64,000 nt of DNA, taken from positions 8,990,001-9,054,000 of the forward strand of contig OZ076411.1 in NCBI GenBank assembly GCA_964187785.1, in the 5' to 3' direction. The stretch's first letter is position 1. Every line of letters begins with the position of its first letter. The translations under genes were made by a program, and so were the position numbers. Shown in pieces: positions 12,479-23,579 of this stretch. This stretch comes from Amphiscolops sp. MND2022 (Eukaryota). The notes beneath the pieces are model-generated. The model was not told where the DNA came from. It saw only the letters and a program-made list of their open reading frames with translations, and made no database searches.

Positions 12479-13149
12479 TACAACGTACGCGACTCCTACT
12501 TTGATTTCTATTGGGATGTAGGTGGAAAGAAGTGGGTCAAAAACTGCAAATTTGAGAGGGGTGTTTACAACGACGTGCAGGAAATCATTGATGAGATGAA
12601 TAGAAGCATTCATCGTGCGCAAGGGGCATGGAATAAAGAAAAGTTGAAAGTTTATTTCAGTTGGAAAATCGATGCCGAAAACAAATTTGTTTTGAATTAC
12701 CCAAATACTGTCAAATTTGCAGATATGTCGCCCGATCTTTTCCATATTCTTGGATGTCAGCGGGTGACGTCTCCCTGGAAGCATCCACCTCATTTTCATG
12801 ACATGCCTCCTATTTCCCAGTTGATATTCAGCATTGGCATCAAGTTTACGTGTATGGCGATTTCATAGAACAGCAGTTTGTTGGAAACAGTAGAGCGCCT
12901 CTATTGAACACTTTCTCTTTGTTCAACCCTCAGCAGATGCCGCCAAGAGATTTGGAGAAGAAACCTGGGGGGAGTTTCGGATACGGCGTTTGTTCTTTCA
13001 GGTCGTTTTCAACTCCAGTATTCAAAAAAGTGTCAAAGAAAACTTTGACCGACTTGCTGATAGAATTACGCACTGATACAGGAGATCTGATACCTTTCGT
13101 TGGCGTCGGAAGAACAACATTAACTTTTTTATTGAGAAAGAAGACTTGA
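12479..13149 (+). pseudogene. Polinton minor capsid (penton) protein, N-terminus deleted, frameshifted near 12800
   Basis: KFERGVYNDVQEIIDEMN; PVDIQHWHQVYVYGDFIEQQFVGNSRAPLL; C-terminal IELRTDTGDLIPFVGVGRTTLTFLLRK, a typical Polinton penton end. Confidence 0.75.
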
Positions 13150-13366
13150 TTTTTGCCATTTTCCTTATCATAACACGCATGGTATTTATTTCCTTTGTTT
13201 AGCTTTTAAGTGTTTCAAAAGTGCATGATTGTTACCACTGCTTTCTTTGGAGCATTGGCCATTTTTTAAAAAGGAATAAAAAATCCTAATTCATAATTGT
13301 TTTCTCTTCAGACCAAACTGGTTGCTTTACTTTTGTGTCCTGCAAAAAAGTCAACCTGGAGGTGTA

Positions 13367-13883
13367 ATGAGATATTCTAATCACAACAGACCACAACATA
13401 CTACTTTGAATTACTTCCAAGGATCACCATACCGCCAATACGGTAGCGGCGTATGTACCGCAATCAAAGCTGACCTCGTCAAAGGCTTCGTCATTCCCAT
13501 GGTTGAGCGTTATGGTATTCCTGTGGCAAAGTCTTTTCTACAACAGGCAGCGCCAGAAGTTATAAACCCTTTGGACGGAAGTACAAAGCCAAAAGCAGCC
13601 ATGAAAAATGCAATTAAAAAAACTATCCGACAACAAAAGGGCTCCGGTCGCCGGCGTCGTGTTAGTGGGTTCCTCGAGGAAAAAAAGGTCGCTACCCGAA
13701 ACTAGAAAAGAAATTGAAGCTAAAGAAGAAGAAATGCAAGCAGCGTCGCCGGAAACCTTTGAAAAAGAAGAAAAAATCGTCACTTGATTCTCTTATCGGA
13801 CGGAAGCCAGTCCGTCGACGGAAAACAAAATCAAAAAAAGGAGCCGGCAAGACTTTTTTGCTTCGATAGTTGATCGCGCTTGA
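13367..13883 (+). pseudogene. Basic core/DNA-condensing precursor-like protein (adenovirus pVII-like role inferred)
   Basis: FQGSPYRQYGSG and RQQKGSGRRRR (QxGxG motifs); K/R-rich tail continues in another frame to KKRSRQDFFASIVDRA*; located immediately before the capsid gene. Confidence 0.55.
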
Positions 13884-13953
13884 CCATCTTTTCGTTTGCT
13901 ACGATAACTGGGATTAAAAACTTTCAACTGTTAATTATACTTCACTTTTCATT

Positions 13954-15291
13954 ATGCCTGATACATTTATTTACTCCGAGCCACCAGTACCTGGCATGCA
14001 TTCAGGACTGTCATTGTTTGGGACCTCTGAGATCCTTGTCGATTTTCAACATGGTTATCATGAAGAAGTTTTCACTGCAAATAGTGCGGATGGGCCGGTG
14101 TTGGAGTTTGATTTCCACTGGGCCAAAACCGACATTGGAGGTACAGTAATAGACTTGGTTAATCTTTTCCTGAAATTGGAGGTCAAAATGAAATTTATTG
14201 GCAGAGGTGATGATGACGATGTAACTGATAAAAAACCTGTTTTTGTTAACAATTTAATGCATAGTTTATTCCAAAATGTAGAGGTTTCCCTTAACGGGAC
14301 ACCAGTGTCGTCAGCAAACAACTTATATCCATACAAAGCGTTGGTTGAGGCAGAACTTTCGCATAACGCTTCGTGTAAAGAAGGCTGGCTACGCTGTCAA
14401 GGGTACAGTTTCGAAACAAATCCTGGAGACATTAGTGGTGATGAGGCATTCAGCAGCAGGAAGAAACTAGGTGAAATTTTGACGTCAAAGTGGAGTCTTT
14501 ACGGTAGAACTGCCGATAACTTCTTGGCAGACAATCATAAGTTTCTACTTCCTGGTGTCGAGGTCAGAATTCGACTTTATCGCGCACCCGACTAATTTGT
14601 GTTGGTCCATGAAGGAGGTGCGAAAGACTCAGCAGGTGATTTCTCCTTACAAATTGTAAGCGCCTCTTTGTTGGTTCACAGGCTGGAATTAAAAAATGAG
14701 ACTTTTCTAACAATCGAGCGAATGTTGTCCAAAAAAGCCGCTCACTACGATTTTCGTGAGATGGTCCCCAAATCGTTCCTAATCTCCAGCGGCGTCACTA
14801 TGTATTACAGAGACGACCTCTTCAACCGTGCTCCGATAAGTCGATTGGTGTTGTTTTTGGTGCCGGAAACTAGCTTCAGTGGTAATTTTGAAACAAATCC
14901 TTTCCACTTTCAGCAATTGGACCTCGAGACTGTACGAATCAATCGAGAGGGAGCACTTGTAGGGGCCACGCCTTTGCATCTTAATGATAATTACGTTCGT
15001 TCTTATTACAACACTCGGAAGGCACTTGGTTTTGAACATGGTGGTAACGGTATCACTCTTGACAATTTCATTAATCATTTCTGTCTGGTTTTTAAATTAA
15101 CTGCTGATTACCACATCGAGGACAACACAATTCGTCCTGAACTCACTGGCGCGCAGCTGGGTCTAGAGCTGAAGTTCTCCAAAGCAACAACAAAACCAAT
15201 TCGTCTTATTTTGATGGGCGAGAGGAGGTCCATCGTTCTCATTGATCGCAACAGAGAAGTTATCAAAAACTCCAGTCTTTACAATGGTTGA
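13954..15291 (+). pseudogene. Polinton major capsid protein (double jelly-roll), single in-frame TAA at 14593-14595
   Basis: LSLFGTSEILVDF, IDLVNLFLKLEVK, FVNNLMHSLFQNVEVSLNG, NNLYPYKALVE, NFETNPFHFQ. ORFs 13954 and 14599 are in the same frame. Confidence 0.92.
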
Positions 15292-15766
15292 CAACACTCA
15301 GTTAACGGACCTAATAAACAAAGACCCAGTACTCAAATTCCGGTTTCGAGGTTGTTATGCCCGAGATACATTTCCTGCCTTGCAAAAAAATGGATTCATT
15401 ATTGTGAACACACATCCCTCAACTCAACCTGGTGAACACTGGCTACTCATCGCTTCGAAAAATGACACAGTGTTACTTTACGATAGTTTCGGGAGAGATT
15501 TCTGAGAGTATTTTGCGGACATCTTTGCAAAAGTTGGTCGATCCGTCCGTCCGTGAAATCAAAGTATCTTTCAATACAAGCCATCTTCGACGCTACTTCA
15601 GCCTGCTGAAAGTCAATTCTGTGGCATATATTGTATCTATTTGGAACATTTTTACTATAGAACAAAACAGTCAGTTACAAGCGAAAAATTGATTCAAATT
15701 TCGAGCTTTCCGTCATATGCCACAGAAGAAGACGTTTTGAGATTTTTAGTCCATCTTTCAAGATAG
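15284..15766 (+). pseudogene. Adenain-like (C5) cysteine protease with in-frame TGA at 15503 and 15554
   Basis: FRGCYARD, IVNTHPSTQPGEHWLL (catalytic His), YDSFG, QPAESQFCGIYC (catalytic Cys), all in one frame; ATG overlaps the capsid stop codon. Confidence 0.88.
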
Positions 15767-15880
15767 CGCATGATAATATTTAAGCTCAGAGTTTGTAAAA
15801 CTTGACTGTGCAACTTTACTGACATAATTTCTATCAATGTTTCATGTGAAGTTTAGTAATTTACGTGTTCAGTATGTTCG

Positions 15881-16631
15881 TTGTTTTTGTTTCAGTTGCC
15901 GAGTAGCCTTAGAGCAGCTTTTATGCAGCTGCGAAACTCGTTAACGGGTTTGGTTGTGACACCAAACCAATTCGAACGTGCTGATAGCATTTTACGTTCG
16001 ATTTCCGCAATGCTCTCTGTGAGCTCGCGGACAGGGTCCCGTGTTCCTCCCCCGGCCAATGCGGAAAAGAGCTTGCCATCGTTTAATTCATTTCTGAACG
16101 ACCTCTTGTTGCAGCCGCTTCCAGAACAGCAGCATATCGTCTCCCGAAGTCACCTCCGATGCAGCCCCTGTCCCAAAAAGACGAAAACGTCAATTGACAG
16201 AGGCCGAAGTTAAAGAGAAACTTTTGTCGGGCTTGCAATCACCGTCATCATCACCTGCGCTACGAAATGAAAACTTATTTGATCGTTCTGTTGACTTCGG
16301 GCAAGTCTGCAGAAATATACATCAGCTCGAGCGCGAGCAGAATTTAGGTCTGATAGACCAAGTTTTTTATATCGGAGGAATGGTTGTGGAAGTGCTCCAG
16401 CACCAACTCGCAACAAAAAATTGCGCTCGCATTGCCAGCGAGCTTCAGAAGTTCGGTGTCTTCCTGGGAAAGACCAAAGTCGCGGAGGCAAGAAGAATAT
16501 ACGAGCTCTGTAAAAAGTTCCCGAAACTGAGGCGTGTTCGCACGGGATTCTCGCCGATGGAGCTTACACAGAGCGTTCGGCATTTCGAAAACATTTGTTC
16601 ATCCGACCGCGACTTCTGGTCTCAGGAGTAG
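15881..16631 (+). CDS. Two overlapping terminal accessory ORFs (15881-16213, 16194-16631), unknown function
   Basis: Open frames of 110 and 145 aa; the second is helical-looking and ends DRDFWSQE. Confidence 0.45.
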
Positions 16632-16859
16632 CCAACTCCCTGCTCTGCATGCGAACAAATTCCTTTATTTTTCTACTATCCCCTACTTTATCATCAAATA
16701 TTTATTCCCAGCAGCAAACAAAGGTTTGAAGTTTTAAAAGTGTTTAAAATTTTATTCAATTTAAATTTGGGTTAAAACTGTTTAAGTACCTGGTTTATTT
16801 GTATTCTTTTCCTGTTCTAAAAAAAACACTTTCAAACGGCAACGAAAATGCAGAAAAGT

Positions 16860-16956
16860 TATACATGCATGAAACTTAGGACGCGCAAAATTAGGACGCA
16901 TTGTATTCCTTTACTCCGTGCGCGTCGCGGCAGCGGCTTTATAATACTTAACTACT
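16860..16956. repeat. Candidate right terminal inverted repeat end of the Polinton
   Basis: GC-rich block, then AT-rich ATAATACTTA, then ACTACT; the reverse complement begins AGTAGT, a common Polinton terminus. Partner TIR not in window. Confidence 0.4.
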
Positions 16957-17233
16957 AAGCGTAGCAGAGTATTTGCATAAAAGCACGTGCGGATACTGAG
17001 AAGGGAAATTGAACAATATATGAATACAATCAAAGCATACTCACTACGGAATGGAATTTTAAAAAAGACTGCGCACGCATGAGATTTGCACTCTGTGCTA
17101 GCATTCGTTACGGGAATGCCGCTACGACGCTGCGGGGGGATTATTACGTCATGAATAAGTGAGCACCGGCTCCGCTAGCCGCTGCAACTTGTGACGTCAC
17201 AGCAAATGGAAAAAAGGACATCAGATATTAGTA

Positions 17234-17800
17234 TTTTGGGACCTGACCACTGTTCTCCTCGCTAGCCCTTTTACCTTAAAAATGGTCCGATTTAGATGAA
17301 ATTTGTCACCAATATAACAGAGATCATGTGCTACCTACATGCAAAATTTCAGCTTGTTACAACTACGCGAACTCTAGTTTTCCTAACTCGGAAGTCGGCA
17401 ATGTCAAAGGGGTTTTCTGCGACCCAACCACTTTTTTCCGCGCTAGCCCTTTTACCCGAAAACGTGTCCGATCTGGATGAAACTTTGCACAATTATAGTA
17501 TTGGTCATTGACTACCTACTCGCAAAATTTGATACACGTACACCCAACCTAATTCGAGAAAACGACGCCGGAACTAGGGGGTCGACCAGGGGCATTTTTG
17601 GACAATTCATGATGACCACTTTTTCCTTGCTAGCCCTTTGGCCTTAAAAACTGCGCGATTCGAACGAAAATTGGTACACATGAACTAGAGGTGGTCAACT
17701 ACATACAAGCAAAAATTTAGCATGCTAAAACCACCTTGACCCCCCGTTTTCGAAACCGGAAGTGGGCGAACCAACGACTACCGGAAGTCTTCGAAATAAC
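17234..17800. repeat. Three diverged tandem units of ~181-187 bp
   Basis: Shared anchors CTAGCCCTTT at 17262, 17443 and 17630, and CTACMTAC..GCAAAATTT in each unit. Confidence 0.7.
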
Positions 17801-18617
17801 CCCGGAACCAAACTCGAGGGCTCGTTATTATCACTCAAACGGGATGAAAACACCTCTCAACCAAGTATGGATCATTTCCAACTAGTTTTTCCGTCGGTTG
17901 ACCCTGAATGAGCTCAAACTATGCAAACCCCTGAAACTATGAAACCCAAAACACAAAAAACATCCGAAATGGTTCAATCCAACTTAAAGGGGGCATCTTT
18001 CAGTTAATATTTAGCACTTTATTGGTTATTTGGGCATTGGAAATGACCGGGGAGATCCAAATTGATCATGGAACTGGGAAACGGTATATTCGAGATTCGA
18101 GAAAATATCCCTAACCCTAAATTTGGAAGTTAGCCATACGGCCGTTGCAAACAGTGGTGTTATATATTGCTCGAAACGGCGCGGTGCGCCGGGGCCAACT
18201 AAAGTACTCGTTCTTCAAATTCCAACCAATTTATACCATTTTAGGTTTTCTAGGGTTTTTCATGGGAAATAGGATTCTACATGCATTAGGAAGAGGGATC
18301 GAAAAAATTCAAACTTCTAATGACCTAAAATAGCATGATGCTTGTATCAGCGCGGCGACTAAATTATACAAACGGCGTACGCACAGCCTCATTAAATATG
18401 CAGAGCGCATTACGCTCCGCCAGGTCCAGATGAAAGTTTTAGCAAAGTAAATCACCCTATAGTGCAGCGAATGCTCTTTCAATTGAAAAACGTTTGTTTA
18501 CTGCAAATGTATAGCTACGAGGAACATCTTAGCAATTTCCTCAGTAGTGAGCATATTTCATGACGTCAAGGTATTGAACAACTGTGGGAAGCTGACAGCT
18601 TTATTACAATAATAGAC

Positions 18618-18998
18618 TGTGAGGCGCCGAAGCGGCTTCGTCAGCTGCAATAAAGGGGCGGCTTGCTTTTTTTACTGTTTCACTCGAAAGCGCAAGCGTC
18701 AAGGCAGAAATAAGATTAAATACGAGTACAAGAAATATATTTACAATAAAACCGAGCACTGTCCTGCTTGCTGATCCAGAGACGAGAACCGAGTGACGAA
18801 AAAAGAAAGGATTAAAATAGGCTTACATAAGCGAGAAAAAAACGACATCCTCGGACGGGAGAAGAAAAAGAAAACGAGACCTGCTTGGCAATAGACAGAG
18901 AGAGAGAGAAACAGTGTGGAGAACAGTTGTGTGGTCGGAAGATAGAAAATAGTGAAAAAAAACATTGAGAGGCCGGGCCCCTCGTATAGAAAATCACA
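18618..18998. repeat. LTR-like segment (TGTGA...TCACA)
   Basis: 5-bp inverted termini and AATAAA, located upstream of gag; no TSD, PBS or second copy seen. Confidence 0.35.
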
Positions 18999-19331
18999 CA
19001 TACATTTTTAATTTATTGTCTAATTAATGAGCTGAGAAACACGTTAAACCCAACCCCATTCGATTAACGTTGTGTGTATTGATTACCCATTGCCGCTCGT
19101 ACGCACCCGTATTTATTTGGAAGCTTTTTGTTTTTGTGTATTCGAGTAGTTACTTTCCATTTTTCTCACCCGTATTTATTTAAAAGCACTATTGTTAGTC
19201 GTGGATGTACTTTGTTTAAATATAAAGAACCCCTGTTTATTTGAAGTCTTCTTTGCTAAATATTCCCGCTACTCAGGGAAAAGTAGTGTTTCTGTCGCTT
19301 TCGAAAAAATAATTGATTGTTGTGAGACGAA

Positions 19332-20665
19332 GTGTCACTCGATCAACGCACCCTGAAGTCTGTGTGGGACAATGAGTCTGACCACGAGCAGTCCGGAAGT
19401 CAAAGTCATGGCCTCCGGCAAGAAGCATCCTCGAGACAAAACCAATCTGGCAGCAATGCGAGCAGCCCGTCGAAGGATGCTGAGCTGGAGCAACTACGCA
19501 GTCAAGTGAAGGACCTTTCCGTTGCTATGGAAGGTTTGCAGAAAGGCAAATGGAGACTAAGTTTCGCTACCAGATCGTCCGGAGTGAGTCCAATTCAGCG
19601 CCCGCCGACTGCAGAACGGGAACTCCAAGTGCTGCTGGCCATGCATCCTGAACGGTTCCCCTCAAAGGACTACCCGAGCTGGCGAATGGCAGCAGCATTT
19701 CTGCAGTGTGTGTGTGGTTGGAGTGATGCGAAAAGCCTGCAGGTCCTAGCAGCTAGTTTGAATGGCTGGGCTACTAATGAATTCCACTCTGCACCTGAGA
19801 GATGCCAGAATGATCTCCCCGAGAAGTTGCATTTTCTGCAAGACCGCTTGTCACCTTATCGGAATAAACTCATCTCACGAGGCAAGTTCAAAAACTTGTA
19901 CCAAAGGGCTGAGGAGACATTGAGCGAATTCGCACGCAAGATTGGGAATGTGGGGAATCGCGCTTATCCCGAGGTGCCAGTGAACCAAAGAGATCAGTTT
20001 CTACGCGAGCAGTACATTGAAGGCCTGTATACGACATGGAAGTAGAAGTAGAGTTGTTGAAGGAAACCGAACAGGACTTTTTGGAGACCTTGACACGTGC
20101 CCAACAGCTTGACTCAATCCGCAGAACAGCGCGGAACAAACTAAGGCGCCGAACACAAGGTCACGTGCGTTTCGTCGCGGGAGGCGAAACCCAAGAAGAA
20201 AACTGCTACCGACTGCCAAAGAAACGCAATGCCGTTGCTAGATCCTCGACACCCCCTGGTGGGAAGAGCCTGGCCTCTGAGGTTCCCATTGGTGAGACCT
20301 TGGCGGCAAATCAGACGACGCTTGAGTTGCAGCATAAGGCAACCACTTACAACCAGTCGCTGATGGAGAAAACCAACACGAGGCTGGACAGATTGACCGA
20401 GCACACTGCGAATAACAACGAAAAACTGACTTCAGCGATCGAAACTCTAAGCGATGCTATCAAGACGCTGACAACCCAGTCGACGAAGCACTTATACGAT
20501 CCGAACAAAGATCGCGGGCCATACGGATGTAAAAGAAATGACGTGTCACCAGCGCAAGACCGCCCTCCATTTTACATGGCAACAGTCGATTGTTATCAAT
20601 GCCACCAAAAGGGACATTTTGATCGGGTCTGTCCCAATCAGCAGCAGAGTGGTCATTTAAACTAG
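19332..20665 (+). pseudogene. gag: Gypsy-type gag, frameshifted at ~20040
   Basis: Retrotransposon gag-like PERFPSKDY...WSDAKSLQVL...LYQRAEETLSEFARKI...QFLREQYIEGL; zinc knuckle CYQCHQKGHFDRVC. Confidence 0.85.
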
Positions 20666-20732
20666 TCAGGGCTGAGCAAAGCTCGGGGGTGACAACCTCA
20701 GCCCAGCAAAAATCAGATTGCAATCCAACCCC
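20656..20732 (+). promoter_or_regulatory. -1 programmed ribosomal frameshift signal (U_UUA_AAC plus stem-loop/pseudoknot)
   Basis: TTTAAAC at 20656-20662 is in the correct gag phase just before TAG; stem GGGCTGAG (20669-76) / CTCAGCCC (20697-704); loop GGGGT can pair with ACCCC at 20728-32. Confidence 0.75.
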
Positions 20733-21644
20733 TGCGTCAACCAGCACCCAGCCCCCATGCAGCAATTTCCCCAATGCGCAGTTCGCGAGCATGACTAAGC
20801 GAATTATCATAAACTCGGACCGTCAGTCATGATGTGCTGAGTCATGAAAATAGCGTCATCAGTGCTGCTATCAATTCACTTTCATTATTTACTTATTGCA
20901 TCACTCTCTTTCATTTGGAAGGGGGGAAGCATTCGACCTCTTCGAGCTTCATAGGAGAAATGTGTGTTCGTCTGGACTTGAGTCTGTTTCCCAACTGTAG
21001 GTTTAAACTCCGTGTTAGAAAGCAGTTTCGTTCTTGATTAGGACCGAATGTAGTCTAGCATTTCCGTAAAAGTAAATCAGCTCTAACTGTTTCGGGGATT
21101 GAGAGGACCAAATTGAGTAGTTCACAGACTCTTCCGGAAGCTGTTAAGCTGGAGAGATTTTATTGGAGTATTCACTAGCAGTTCTATGATTTATATAGAC
21201 CAAAGAAGCCACATATTGGGGCAGTAGGAAAAAAAATCAGAAGTAAGATTAAGAGGAATAGGTAGTTAACTCTAATTCCTGAGAGTCGGGTTTCTAACAG
21301 ATAGCTCATTTACTTCGCTACTAAAAGAGAGAAAGTATTACGTTGCCTCACTGGTCGCACCAGTTTGTCGCACGCATGGATAAATTTTACTATTTACTAT
21401 TTCCTGTTTACTCCCTTTTCTTTTCAAGGGACTGTTCAATTGTTATCGGTATTAGTCAGTTCAGCTTACTTAGCATTTTGGAAATTACTTTCAGGCGACT
21501 ATTCTATTATTGATTAGAAGTGAGTAAGAAAGTCTCTGTGTATTACTAGAAAGGAAGTGCCTTGCGTGTACGTGCGAACAGAGGAAATTCCGTGAGTAGG
21601 TGCAAGGCAGTGTATGTAAATGAGCTCTCTGACTAAAAGGAAAA

Positions 21645-21926
21645 TATGATAAGTAAATATGTTGAATTATCTCACGTGAACGGACAATAGTACTAAGTGA
21701 AAGTTTTTAGGCATCTCAGTGTCTATTCCATCTTAAGTTAAATTCAGCAGCAAATTTACTACTGTAAGTAAAATTTACTGTAACTAAAATTTATTGTAAG
21801 TCAAATTTACTATGATAAGTAAATATGTTGAATTATCTCACGTGAACAGACAATAGTACTAAGTGAAATTTTTGGGCATCTCAGTGTCTATTCCATCTTT
21901 AGTTAAATTCAGCAGCACATTTACTA
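21645..21926. repeat. Direct duplication with 166-bp period
   Basis: TATGATAAGTAAATATGTTGAATTATCTCACGTGAAC... at 21645 and 21811; nearly identical over ~115 bp. Confidence 0.85.
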
Positions 21927-22310
21927 TTCATCTTACTTCAGCAGTAAATTTAAAGGATTTATTTTATCTTCGAGCAAAGTAGCTTTATAATTTACATCAG
22001 AAAACATTTATAAAATTTTCAGAAAAAATTGCATGCTTTTACATTTTCATCTTGAAAATGCTTTAGATTAGCTCCAAATAAGGGATGGTTAGTCAGTGAT
22101 AATTTATTCTGACGAGTTTTAGTTTTTTAAAGTCACTGCTCTGTTGGGTATAGAGACAGTATTGAGACTTTGGATAAGAAACAAATTTACAGGGTAAATA
22201 AGGTGAAATTATTTTTTCAAAACTTGTGTAACACTAACCATTTATTTAATTCTACTCTAAGATACTTTAATACTGCGTATAATCTGCTGCATTATTCAAT
22301 ATTAAAGTTT

Positions 22311-22690
22311 AAACAACCGGTGAGCGAAATTAGCGGAATTGTTCTAAGGTAGAATTTTAGCAACCGCTGAGTAGAATCAGGGGAATTTTTCTAAGACAGA
22401 ATTTAACAACCGCTGAGTGAAATCAGCGGAATTATTCTAAGATAACATTTAAACAACCGCTGAGTGAAATCAGCGGAAATATTCTAAGATAGAATTTTAA
22501 CAACTGCTGAGTAGAATCAGGGGAATTATTCTAAGATAGGATTTTAGCAACCACTGAGTAAAATCAGTGGAATTATTCTAAGAACGAATTTTAACAACCA
22601 CTGAGTAGAACCTGTGGAATTATTCTACGATAGAAATTTACTAACCGCTGAATGGAATCAGAGGAATTCTTCTAAGATAGAAATTGAACA
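22311..22690. repeat. Tandem array of 8 x 47-bp hairpin-containing units
   Basis: Consensus CAACCGCTGAGTRRAATCAGCGGAATTATTCTAAGATAGAATTTTAA; units start at 22314, 22361, 22407, 22454, 22501, 22548, 22595 and ~22642. Confidence 0.92.
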
Positions 22691-22800
22691 GAAAAGGGAG
22701 AATCAGAAATCTCCACAAAAAGAAACTAAGTTATTTGTCACTCACCAGACCGGGGACTGTTGTCGGATTGAAGTGAATTTTCTAAGATAGAAAATTCATC

Positions 22801-23579
22801 TAAGAGGGATGTGACTTGGCAAATTTGTAGCAAAAGAAGTTATGTTGAGATGAGAGCCAAAGCAAAAGAGGGAAGAAAGTAAGATTGAATTTTTTAGTCA
22901 AAGGGGAAATAATTCAAGAATTTAGCGAAGAGAAGAGAAGAAGTATAGTTGGAGCAAGTGAAGGGAAGAGAAGGAGAAGCGAGAAAGGGAGAAAGCTTCT
23001 TTCAGTTGAAGCTTTGCCGGTTGGCTGGAAGAATGAAGCTCCAGCCTGTGCACGCCGTAAAAAACAGTTCAGCATTTCTGCCGAAGTGCCTGGGTGGCCT
23101 GTTTTGCATTCAGCCAGTCAGAGCTTAGCTTTAGATTTCGAATCACCGCGGTAAATAATAGAGTTTTTCATTTGTGCAATCCCGCGGTATTTGTATCCCT
23201 CGATTATTTACTTCACTATTCTGCGGCCTCCCATTTTTCTGCCAGCGGTCCTACTTAATCAATTATTTATTCTCCCTTTCTTCAGGTTAGATCGAATTCC
23301 TGCTTTGTTTTTGCAGGTGTTTTTGAATACAAACTGCACTGAAGCCAGGGGACAATTGTTGAGTATTTTATTCATTCAGGTGTTTTGCAATCATAAATTG
23401 CACTGTAGCACAAAGAAGTTTATAATGCTTTGTATTTATGCAAGTGCTTTATGTATTGAAACGGAAGAGTAGCCCTGGGATGATTGTTGAGCTTTTTATT
23501 AAATCAGGTGTTTTTGTTAAGCGCTTTATTGTTGCATTTGCTTTTAAATTATTGATTAAGCGTTAGTCATAACGCGACA
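22801..23579 (+). repeat. Polypurine tract plus putative 3' LTR (22810-23579, TGT...ACA)
   Basis: AAGAGGGA immediately before TGTGAC; purine-rich U3-like part, T-rich end, terminal GCGACA. No matching 5' LTR seen. Confidence 0.55.

Larger units (their letters stand above)
1..16956 (+). mobile_element. Degenerate Polinton/Maverick (adintovirus-like) element; left end outside window
   Basis: Co-oriented pPolB, FtsK/A32-like ATPase, rve integrase, penton, major capsid and C5 cysteine protease motifs, the hallmark Polinton gene set. Right boundary is tentative (ACTACT at 16951-16956). Confidence 0.92.

Noticed and set aside
402-15078. Minus-strand ORFs across the Polinton
   Set aside because: Antisense shadows of + strand genes; all recognisable motifs are on +.
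15503-15556. Selenocysteine or readthrough at the two in-frame TGA codons of the protease
   Set aside because: Neighbouring genes carry TAA, TAG and frameshifts too; ordinary decay is the simpler explanation and no SECIS was seen.
18108-18120. Telomere-like CCCTAACCCTAA
   Set aside because: Only two units; expected by chance.
22311-22690. CRISPR array call
   Set aside because: Units are contiguous tandem copies without unique spacers.
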